Shown: positions 1-7,080 of the stretch, one piece after another
How the letters are laid out: each line of letters opens with the position of its first letter
Numbering within the stretch: position 1 is the stretch's first letter
Assembly: GCA_049509455.1 (NCBI GenBank)
Contig: JBEKZX010000046.1
Span: 1-12,064, forward strand
Length of the DNA stretch: 12,064 nt
Source of the DNA: Conexivisphaerales archaeon
GTDB lineage: Archaea; Thermoproteota; Nitrososphaeria; Conexivisphaerales; DTJL01
Direction: 5' to 3'
Position numbers and translations under genes: made by a program
Notes under the pieces: model-generated
The model's input: only the letters and a program-made list of their open reading frames with translations
What the model was told of the DNA's origin: nothing
The model's database searches: none

Positions 1-2
1 TA

Positions 3-623
3 GGCATCAGCGAAATCGACCTCTATCAGATGCACTGGACGGACCCCTGGGAGCAGGTCCCCCTCCGGGAGACGATGGAGGGATTGAAGAAGCTGCACCG
101 GGACGGGAAGGTAAGGTCGGTGGGGGTGAGCAACTTCGCGGTCAGGGACCTCAAGGAAGCTCGCGAGCTCTTGGACGGCCTGGATATCGTCTCCGACCAA
201 GTGAGGTACAACCTGCTGCAAAGGGAGGTCGAGGCTGAAGTCCTTCCCTACTGCATGGAGGAGGGGATCTCGGTCATAGCATGGAGCCCGCTGGCGAAAG
301 GCGTGCTCACTGGGAAGTACTCGACGGGGAAGGTGCCGAAGGACCAGGTCAGGGTGGATGGGAAGCTCTTCAACTCTCGCAACCTGAAGGAGGCGGAAGG
401 CCTCTTGGAGGCGTTGAGAGAGGTGGCGTCAAAGCGGGGCAAGACCATGGCCCAGGTCTCTTTGAACTGGCTGCTGAGCAGAGGTGGGGTCGTGGCCATT
501 CCTGGAGCGAAGAAGCCCAGGCAGGCGGAGGAGAACGCAGGGGCCACAGGCTGGAGGCTCACGCAGGCGGAGATCCGAAGGATAACGGAAGCCGCCGCGA
601 AGACGCACCTTTCCTACTTTTGA
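3..623 (+). CDS. Aldo/keto reductase, 5'-truncated by the window edge
   Basis: The frame is open upstream of the track ATG (GISEIDLYQMHW, the typical 'IDLYxxHWP' motif). It also shows GKVRSVGVSNF, NLLQRE, VIAWSPLAKGVLTGKY, MAQVSLNWLL and IPGAKKPRQAEENAGA, all classic AKR motifs. Confidence 0.95.
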   Translation, partial: GISEIDLYQMHWTDPWEQVPLRETMEGLKKLHRDGKVRSVGVSNFAVRDLKEARELLDGLDIVSDQVRYNLLQREVEAEVLPYCMEEGISVIAWSPLAKGVLTGKYSTGKVPKDQVRVDGKLFNSRNLKEAEGLLEALREVASKRGKTMAQVSLNWLLSRGGVVAIPGAKKPRQAEENAGATGWRLTQAEIRRITEAAAKTHLSYF

Positions 624-729
624 GTTCAGTGACCGTGTCGGCGTCGGTCGCCAACGCTGTAAGTGGTTACCGCCCAGATGAACTGCGCATAGAAGTGCTT
701 TGACCGTGCAGACGAGTTAACGGTCTCCA

Positions 730-951
730 TCAGATGACAATTTCGATAACCTTGTCTCTGGATCTCGCCCCACTCACAAGGCGGATTCTTGACTTAGGGA
801 CCTTGAAGTGCTTGGCCAGAATCTCCACAAGCCTCTTGTTGGCCCGGCCCTCTACAGCCCTTTCGTCCACTTTCACTTCGAAGATGTTTTCGCCTATTCT
901 GACTACATTGGCTTCCCTTGCATTGGTGCTCACGTGAACCGCGATTAGCAC
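730..951 (-). CDS. yggU: DUF167 / UPF0235 (YggU-like) family protein
   Basis: 73 aa, GTG start. The motifs VKVDERAVEGRANKRLVEILAKHFKVPKSRIRLVSGARSRDKVIEI match the family pattern 'PxxGkANxxLixxLAxxfxVxksxVxIvxGxtSRxK'. Confidence 0.9.
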   Translation of the reverse strand: MLIAVHVSTNAREANVVRIGENIFEVKVDERAVEGRANKRLVEILAKHFKVPKSRIRLVSGARSRDKVIEIVI

Positions 952-1088
952 ACCATTGGTGCCACAATCGCTTCACTCTAAACCTTGCGGAGGCTCCGCA
1001 GTCGATGCGCCCGGTTGCTGAATCTAAGGTCGCACCAGGATTCAGTTGAATGATTCGAGTCCTGTCTCCATCTCACGACTTCGAGCGC

Positions 1089-1113
1089 GCCCATTCGCAA
1101 GTCCAAGCCTACG
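1089..1113. repeat. Dispersed short repeat, copy 1 (GCCCATTCGCAAGTCCAAGCCTACG)
   Basis: Matches 9764..9789 with one substitution and one 1-nt indel. Overlaps the stop codon of the methyltransferase. Confidence 0.6.
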
Positions 1114-1879
1114 CCTGAAGTCCACAATCCGAGATCGCCAAAGGCTCTGTGATCGGTTCCTCACTCGGTTGGCTCACGGGCTTGGTCCCGAAGAAAAATA
1201 CGTACTTCCTGAGCGGCGGCCCCATGGCAATGACGAACTGAGGGACGCTCCCACCTCGAAAGGAGCTCACCCCTTCGAAACCCGCTGCCCTGAGAAGCAA
1301 CTCCAACGTTCGGTCGGGGAGCAGCCTCCACACGACGAAGCTGCTCTTGAAAGGAAGTGGGATGTGTCGAATTCTTCTGGGCTCGTCGCCGCCAGCCATC
1401 TCCCTCACTCCCAGGTGGCCGTCTTCTTTGAGGATGCGGAAGGTCTCGTGCATTGCTAGGGCCGGATTGGGGAGGAACCTCAAGGTCCCCGTGCATGTGC
1501 TGGCTCCAAAACTTGAGTCTCTGAACGGCATCGCTTCCACGTCTCCCAACACGAATTCGCTCGCTTCCTTCTGGCCAGCCCGCTCGATCTTTCGACTAGC
1601 CCTTTCGAGCATCTCAATGGAGAAATCCAGCCCAACCATCAGGTCCGGATGGCCTTCGCCGACCAAGCGCAAAAGCGTGCCGGTGCCGCAACCCAAGTCG
1701 AGCAACCTGGAGGGCTTCGAATCACCCAGCGCCCTCAACAGGGTCGTGTGGGACCTGGCAATCAAGGGCCCCAGAAACCAGCAGGTGATGAACTCGTAAA
1801 CTCGGCTCATCAGAGTGTCATAGCCTTCCTTTACGGTGGCTTTGTCAATGGCAGCCGAAGGCTCGACGGGAAACGACAT
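1109..1879 (-). CDS. Class I SAM-dependent methyltransferase (UbiE/Methyltransf_11-like)
   Basis: Motif I LLDLGCGTG, followed by VGLDFSIEMLERA, GDVEAMPFRDSSF and NPALAMHETFRILKEDGHL. The start is placed at ATG 1879 (MSFPVEP), 16 nt after the radical SAM stop and preceded by a G-rich tract. The track start at 1951 overlaps the upstream gene. Confidence 0.9.
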   Translation of the reverse strand: MSFPVEPSAAIDKATVKEGYDTLMSRVYEFITCWFLGPLIARSHTTLLRALGDSKPSRLLDLGCGTGTLLRLVGEGHPDLMVGLDFSIEMLERASRKIERAGQKEASEFVLGDVEAMPFRDSSFGASTCTGTLRFLPNPALAMHETFRILKEDGHLGVREMAGGDEPRRIRHIPLPFKSSFVVWRLLPDRTLELLLRAAGFEGVSSFRGGSVPQFVIAMGPPLRKYVFFFGTKPVSQPSEEPITEPLAISDCGLQA

Positions 1880-1895
1880 GGTAACATCCGCCCCC

Positions 1896-3248
1896 TTAGT
1901 AGATTCGTCTGCCGTCGCGATCTGCGAGGTAATACGCGCAGAAGGGCACAAGCTGCCCCCCCGGCCTGATTATGTGGACGCGGCACCTCCTCATCCTCTC
2001 GACGTCGAGCGTCCAGCCGTCTTGAAAGGCCATCATGGAGATGGAAAGTATCTTCTTTGACTCAGCTCCCTCGATTTCCAGGCCCAAACCCGCAAGATAC
2101 CTCCTGAGCCTGTCGAACGTCTCCCTTTCATTCGAAACGTCCCAGAGCTTGGGGATGGCCTTGGTGACCGTGCAACACGGATTCTCGAGGCGGTTCACGA
2201 CATCAACGGCGTCCACGATTCTTGAAAGGGGGATTAGCCCCTCCTCTCCTGCGAGGGCGAGGGTCACGGCTGAACAGGAATGGTGAAGCGACGGTATAGG
2301 GAAGAAGTCCCTAGCCGCCACTTCACCCCCGGTCTGGGCCTCGATGGCCCGGACGACGTCGGGGATAGTGGTCCTGTCCTCGGAGTTCTTCAGGTCGTCG
2401 GGAAACCTTCCAAGGTAGGTGGCTGGCTGGAAGTTGACTCCCTTGATCTCTTCTCTGGCCGCGGCGAGCCTTATGAGGTCGCCAAGCTGTCCATCGTTAA
2501 CTCCCTTTACAACCGCTGGCACTAGCACGACTGCCAGATGGCTCCTCCTGCAGTTCTCGAGGGCTTTCATCTTGACGTCAAGGAGGTCGATACCTCTGAG
2601 CTTCCGGTACACTCTGTCATCGAGGCCATCGAACTGCAGATAGATGGCACTCACTCCGGCCTCGGCCAGCCTTTCGGCCACCAACGGGTTGTTTCCAAGA
2701 GCCACCCCATTCGTATTGATTTCGATGTGGCGTAAGCCCATCTCTCTCCCCATGCTGACGATCTCTGCGAGGTCTCTTCGGGTCGTCGGCTCTCCTCCCG
2801 ACAGCTGGACGGGGCGGGTCGCGCCACCGTTGTCGACTACGGTCTTGAACTCTTCTGCCAGGGCTTCCAGTGAAGGCTCCTCCCTCCTTCCTTCATTCGA
2901 TGCCGCGAAGCACACCTTACATCTCAGGTTGCACCGGTTCGTAACTTCGACGATGGCCACGCATGTCCCCTGCTCATGCGACTCGCACAGGCCGCATTCG
3001 AAAGGGCACGCATCCTTCATCTCTCCTGCTTGGTTAATGTCGAACATCTCCTTGTAGGAGAAATACATCCCGCTGTCGCTCCAGACTAGAGCCCGGAAGG
3101 ACCCATGTTTCTCGCAGGTCTTCTCCATGTAGATCCTGCCGCCCTCCTCGGTCAGCGTCGCCGATACAGGCTGGAGGCAGACGGGGCAGACGCTCTTGGT
3201 TTCGGTCCTGCCTCGCAAGAACGGCCCCAGTGCGGGGGTTTGAATCAA
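1896..3248 (-). CDS. Multi-cluster radical SAM protein of the Tes/GDGT-MAS (MJ0619, COG1964) / TrsS-like family
   Basis: Radical SAM motif C106xxxC110xxC113, plus QLSGGEPT, INTNG, YLQFDG and GVNFQP. N-terminal C21xxC24...C45xxH48 and C81xxxC85xxC88xxH91. C-terminal HSC, MAFQDxW, RRC and PFCAY. The TTG start overlaps the upstream TGA (TTGA). Confidence 0.9.
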   Translation of the reverse strand: MIQTPALGPFLRGRTETKSVCPVCLQPVSATLTEEGGRIYMEKTCEKHGSFRALVWSDSGMYFSYKEMFDINQAGEMKDACPFECGLCESHEQGTCVAIVEVTNRCNLRCKVCFAASNEGRREEPSLEALAEEFKTVVDNGGATRPVQLSGGEPTTRRDLAEIVSMGREMGLRHIEINTNGVALGNNPLVAERLAEAGVSAIYLQFDGLDDRVYRKLRGIDLLDVKMKALENCRRSHLAVVLVPAVVKGVNDGQLGDLIRLAAAREEIKGVNFQPATYLGRFPDDLKNSEDRTTIPDVVRAIEAQTGGEVAARDFFPIPSLHHSCSAVTLALAGEEGLIPLSRIVDAVDVVNRLENPCCTVTKAIPKLWDVSNERETFDRLRRYLAGLGLEIEGAESKKILSISMMAFQDGWTLDVERMRRCRVHIIRPGGQLVPFCAYYLADRDGRRIY

Positions 3249-4384
3249 ACCTGAGCGGACAACCTCACGAGGTTCTCCACAAGGCAGAGGCCGCTGAACT
3301 GCGACTTGCTACGCCTATAGATGGATTCGTAGTCAGGCAAGCTCCCCTGCTCGAGAAGGTCAAAGGCATGAACGACCCTGACTCCTGATTCCTTGGTGAC
3401 GGCGCCGAGCTGGACGCCGCACGAATTGCAGAAGGTGACGATGGTGTCCGCGCCATGCTCCTTAGCGTCCCTCGTTCTCACCCTCGCTCCTTCCTTGGCC
3501 AAGCTCTCGTTAGCATAGCTCACCGCCCCTCCCGCTCCGCAGCACAGGAGCGAGTCCCGGGAGTACTTCATCTCGACCCGCTTCCCCCCGTAGAATGTGT
3601 CCACGAACTTCCTGGAGACGTCGAAGAGCTCAGGGTTCTGCCTGTAGGGGCAGGAGTCATGTATCGCCACGGTCCCCAGGTCCGTTCGGCCCCCAGGTTT
3701 GGAAGGAGCCAAGGTGTCCAGGAGCGCCTCGGCCGCGAATGTAACTTTGGCAAATCCGATGTCGGGCTTGAAGTTGTTATAGCAATTGGGGCAGGCAGTA
3801 ATGATCTCATTGGGCTGGAGCCTCTCAAGGAGTTCAACCACGGATTTGTGGTGCTCTTCATACTCCTTCCTCGCGCCGATTATCTTGAGGGGCTTCCCGC
3901 AGCACTCGTATTTCATGATATATGGGTCTCCCAGCAGATGGCCCACTTTCTCCATCAGTTCAGGCCTGTATCCCCTTAGGGAGCACCCGGGGAAGAAGAC
4001 CCTGTCGGCGTGCTCGGGATAATCGATCTTCCTGTGGGCCGAGCCGTCGAGGAGGCTGAAGAAGTTCACTTTCCTGTTCACGTACAGCGGCGTATGTGCG
4101 GCCAGAGGCCCCTGGCCGCTGGCGACGTAAGATTCGCGCACGGCCAACATCAGGTCCTTGACGCTGACGTCGTAGGGGCACTGCGTTTCACAGAAGCCGC
4201 AGAACGTGCACCTGTAGGCCACGATGGCATCGTCCACGTCCACCGTGCCCTCCTTGAGGGACTTCGACAGCCCCTTGAGGAACCTCTTCTCGAACCCCTG
4301 GTAGGAGGGGCAGTGCCTGAGGCAAGCGAAACAGTCGGTGCACTTCTCGAACTCTTTGACGACCTCCTCTTTGCTAGGATTCAT
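3245..4384 (-). CDS. (Fe-S)-binding protein, HdrD/GlpC-like: 4Fe-4S dicluster plus two CCG domains
   Basis: Two ferredoxin motifs (C15xxC18xxC21xxxC25P and C59xxC62xxC65xxxC69P). Two CCG repeats: FFPGC...ECCG...TACPNC and HDSC...LCCGAGG...TFCNSC. Confidence 0.9.
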   Translation of the reverse strand: MNPSKEEVVKEFEKCTDCFACLRHCPSYQGFEKRFLKGLSKSLKEGTVDVDDAIVAYRCTFCGFCETQCPYDVSVKDLMLAVRESYVASGQGPLAAHTPLYVNRKVNFFSLLDGSAHRKIDYPEHADRVFFPGCSLRGYRPELMEKVGHLLGDPYIMKYECCGKPLKIIGARKEYEEHHKSVVELLERLQPNEIITACPNCYNNFKPDIGFAKVTFAAEALLDTLAPSKPGGRTDLGTVAIHDSCPYRQNPELFDVSRKFVDTFYGGKRVEMKYSRDSLLCCGAGGAVSYANESLAKEGARVRTRDAKEHGADTIVTFCNSCGVQLGAVTKESGVRVVHAFDLLEQGSLPDYESIYRRSKSQFSGLCLVENLVRLSAQV

Positions 4385-4385
4385 T

Positions 4386-5045
4386 CTATAGCACCAGGCC
4401 CGCCATCCTCAGGAGCGCCCAAACATCATTGAATATAAAGTAGGCCCCGATGAGGGCGAGGACGGGGCCAACGACCCACTTGACCTGCACTCTGTGGCGT
4501 CTCAGGAGTCCTGCTACTGGGACCGCCAGGAGATAGGCCAACAGGGCGGCCCCTGCGACGGTCAATCCAAGTCCGAATGCATAGGCGACGGCTTCGTAGG
4601 TGAGAGAGGAGCTCGTAGCGGAGAAGAGCTTGCTGTAAATCTGCAATACGGCCAGGTCTCTGGTCGAAAGGTAGTTCATCCAGAGTGCTCCGAAGAGTAT
4701 GCCCATCATGAATGTTCCGTAGCACCAAGCCAGGAAGTTCTCCCTCGCCGCGCGAATCACGAAAGCACCCTCCCTTCGGGCCACGGCATAGCCCAGCCAG
4801 ACTAGGAGCAGTCCCCAAATGATGTCCAGTTCGTGGGCGTCTAGGAGGAAGACCGTGGGAAAGGCGCGAATGAGCACGATGCTGATTCCGAAGATGAAGA
4901 CGACTCCGGCCGGGAAGAGGAGCAGCCTCGATAAGATCCTCTTCTTCCCTAGGTCATCTGCGACGTTGAAAAGAATGAGAAGGAGTAGACTCGGGAGGAC
5001 GACCAAAGAAAGTCCCCCCGAGAGCCCCGCGATCAGCGCGTCCAA
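4386..5045 (-). CDS. CcdA/DsbD-transmembrane-fold integral membrane protein lacking the redox cysteines
   Basis: 219 aa with about 6 hydrophobic segments. GLSLVVLP sits where CcdA has xxSPCVLP and FGALWMNY sits where CcdA has FGxxWxPC, followed by AYAFGLGL and a C-terminal VGPVLALIGAY. TTG start; 1-nt gap to the next gene. Confidence 0.7.
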   Translation of the reverse strand: MDALIAGLSGGLSLVVLPSLLLLILFNVADDLGKKRILSRLLLFPAGVVFIFGISIVLIRAFPTVFLLDAHELDIIWGLLLVWLGYAVARREGAFVIRAARENFLAWCYGTFMMGILFGALWMNYLSTRDLAVLQIYSKLFSATSSSLTYEAVAYAFGLGLTVAGAALLAYLLAVPVAGLLRRHRVQVKWVVGPVLALIGAYFIFNDVWALLRMAGLVL

Positions 5046-5060
5046 TCGAGTTCACGGAAC

Positions 5061-5735
5061 CTAGGATGCTATTTGATAGATGAAGGTTACGTTTTGCCCT
5101 GGTTGTATGAGGTTCGAGTTCAGGGTCCACATCAAGGGCGATTCCCAACCGTTGACGTTGCTGCTGACTATCCCTATCGCGCAGGAGAAGAAGCAGGCCA
5201 TGCATCCCGTCCCCACCGCGGTGTTGGTGGCTAGGTTCCCGCCGAACCCGAATGTGCCAACTCCGGAAGTGAGATTGTAGTTGTTGAACAGGTCCGTGAG
5301 CAAGTACTTCTTGGGGGCTCCGGTCCAAGTCACGTAGATGGTGATGTGGGTTCCGGTCGTCAGCGTGCCCGCCGGCGAACTAAGCAGGACATTGTTGGAC
5401 GGCACGGCGCCCAAGCTCACCAGCGCGTTGTAGAGCTCGGTAGGAGTCACCACAGTCGTGAATGCTGCCTGGTCTGCTATGCTGCCGCCTTCCCAGTTCA
5501 AGCCATGCATCGTCGCGTTGACGAAAGCCGCAGGGTTGGCCGTAGCTTGTATCATGACCTCCTTGTTAGAGGATTCGACGTATATCGCCAGGCTATTCCG
5601 GGCGTTCGTCAGGCTGATGATCGTCTGCTCTTGGAGCAGCCAGCCTCCCGAGAATCCGATGGCTAGGCCGACGATGAGAAACACCGCCAGCGCCACAGTT
5701 TTCGAAACGGCGCGTCTTGATTTCAAGGTAATCAA
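5061..5735 (-). CDS. ydjY: YdjY-domain exported protein with CxxCxxxC motif
   Basis: FGFGGN...TGCMACFFSCAIGIVSS, TPTELYNALVSLGAVPSNN and IYVTWTGAPKKY resemble E. coli YdjY as recalled (FGGN...TGCxxCxxSCxxGIVSN). N-terminal KSRRAVS followed by a hydrophobic stretch. TTG start. Confidence 0.8.
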   Translation of the reverse strand: MITLKSRRAVSKTVALAVFLIVGLAIGFSGGWLLQEQTIISLTNARNSLAIYVESSNKEVMIQATANPAAFVNATMHGLNWEGGSIADQAAFTTVVTPTELYNALVSLGAVPSNNVLLSSPAGTLTTGTHITIYVTWTGAPKKYLLTDLFNNYNLTSGVGTFGFGGNLATNTAVGTGCMACFFSCAIGIVSSNVNGWESPLMWTLNSNLIQPGQNVTFIYQIAS

Positions 5736-5757
5736 GACTGCTTACGAGCTATGGGCA

Positions 5758-5772
5758 CATATTAATGCTTTG
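5758..5772 (-). promoter_or_regulatory. Putative BRE/TATA promoter of the five-gene operon
   Basis: The minus strand reads AAAGC-ATTAATAT about 24 nt upstream of the TTG at 5735, the geometry expected for an archaeal leaderless transcript. Confidence 0.5.
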
Positions 5773-6105
5773 TATGTTGAATAAGTACGTGTAAGTAGCT
5801 TCGCTTACCAAGTCTTGGATTTGGTGGACCCGACGTCCCATTCTCAGTCAATTAACCTATTGTTTTCAATAACATAAAGATGATTAAGTGATAGTCGTGT
5901 GTGTCGGTCAGGTTCATAGAACAAGCTCTTTCCGGCAGCGACAGATATCCAAAAGTATCGAGCGACCTCATATGCACAAGCCGTGCTCTGCCCCGTCGGT
6001 AGGCAGGCCAGAACCCAAGGTATGCGCTTGTTGGAAGCGCCGCCTTCATCGAGTTCTGCGGTTGGACCATGAAGACCATCTTGAGCAGGATCCGCTGGGA
6101 AAGGC

Positions 6106-7080
6106 TCAGCCTGCGTAGAATCTCTTGAAGACGCGGGCGACGGCGTAGGAGACCCACAGCCTCGTGTCCTTGTCCCTCCCCCGGAGGAGCCTGAGGTCCC
6201 AGGTGCCGTCCGGGCCCTGCCGCTCAGCCAGCCAGGCCAGACCCTCCACTATCTTGGGCTCGTCCCGGCTGAGGCCTAGCAGCGAAAGGGAGTCCGTGGC
6301 GGAAACGAGGTCCGTGAACCAGAAAGGATAGGAGAAGCCGGTCCAGAAGCTGGGGTCCCCCCTGTCTGGGTAGTAGTCCCTTTCCAGGATGCGGGAGCAC
6401 AGGAACCGTGCCGCGTCCAGCGCGACTTGCGACCTCCTGTGAACCTGGTGGGCGGCGTACGCCCTAAGGACCATTCCCGTGACCAGGTGTGAGGAGGGCT
6501 TCGAGCGGAGGGGCTCGACGGTGGGCTTGTTCATCCAGATGACGTTGAGCTTCAGGTCCCTGGTGCGCAGCGGGAGGGCCCATCCGCCGTCGTCCTGCCG
6601 CATGGAGGCGAGCCAGGAGAAGCCCCTCTCGACCCTGGAGTCGTCGCGGTAGCCCGCCTTAATCATGAGCTCAAGCATTGCCGCCGTGTAGTAAGGCGCG
6701 TACTGGTGTCCCAATATGCCCCGGATATCCCCCTCTTCGGTCTGGTGAGAGAGCAGGAACTCGCATGCCTTCTCCACAGCCGGGTGCTCCCGAGTGAAGG
6801 CATACTTCTCGACGAGTTCGCCCAGGGACCGGAAGGTCTCGATCTGGTCGTAGTCCTCCCCCGAGCGAATCTTGGGGTTCCCTCCCGGATAGCGCCAGCC
6901 GCCACTCGGCCTCTGTCTCCTCAACAGCCTCTCCGCACGATCCTCCGTCCAGATCCGGCGGAGGTCTACGTCCTCGTCTTGGAGGTCCCGCCTCGCCTTT
7001 AGCGCCAATGCCTGGTTTCGCGACGCGACAGGTGGCGCAACGGGATCGTGTCTCAGAGTCCTCCGCCAGTCTTTCGCCAA
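6106..7080 (-). CDS. Prenyltransferase/squalene-oxidase (QW) repeat protein, single (alpha/alpha)6 barrel
   Basis: QW-type repeats RLLRRQRPSGGW, EFLLSHQTEEGDI, SWLASMRQDDGGW and AWLAERQGPDGTW. The start is proposed at TTG 7080 (MAKDWRRTLRHDP), with CTTATTT about 30 nt upstream; the track ATG at 7167 is an alternative. Confidence 0.85.
   Translation of the reverse strand: MAKDWRRTLRHDPVAPPVASRNQALALKARRDLQDEDVDLRRIWTEDRAERLLRRQRPSGGWRYPGGNPKIRSGEDYDQIETFRSLGELVEKYAFTREHPAVEKACEFLLSHQTEEGDIRGILGHQYAPYYTAAMLELMIKAGYRDDSRVERGFSWLASMRQDDGGWALPLRTRDLKLNVIWMNKPTVEPLRSKPSSHLVTGMVLRAYAAHQVHRRSQVALDAARFLCSRILERDYYPDRGDPSFWTGFSYPFWFTDLVSATDSLSLLGLSRDEPKIVEGLAWLAERQGPDGTWDLRLLRGRDKDTRLWVSYAVARVFKRFYAG

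Noticed and set aside
630-708. TGACCGTG repeated at 630 and 701
   Set aside because: An 8-mer pair is expected by chance, and there is no array structure.
1047-1118. C/D-box sRNA (TGAATGA ... CCTGA)
   Set aside because: The C box is non-canonical, internal C'/D' boxes are not evident, and no rRNA/tRNA target could be identified by eye.
1880-1951. N-terminal extension of the methyltransferase ORF (track start 1951)
   Set aside because: It overlaps the radical SAM 3' end by 56 nt. ATG 1879 fits the operon spacing better.
1896-3248. Calling the radical SAM gene tes, mptM or moaA
   Set aside because: The C-terminal signature differs from Tes as recalled, and the N-terminal Cys clusters are not MoaA-like. 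No symbol can be supported without a phylogeny.
1896-5735. Selenocysteine or pyrrolysine recoding in the operon (TrsS-like proteins can be selenoproteins)
   Set aside because: All five ORFs are uninterrupted and their stops abut the next gene, so no in-frame TGA or TAG needs readthrough.
5852-6157. Track ORFs 5852..6157 (-) and 5888..6118 (+), plus a stop-free third minus frame
   Set aside because: No recognisable motifs, overlap with the QW-repeat gene end, and no good start context.
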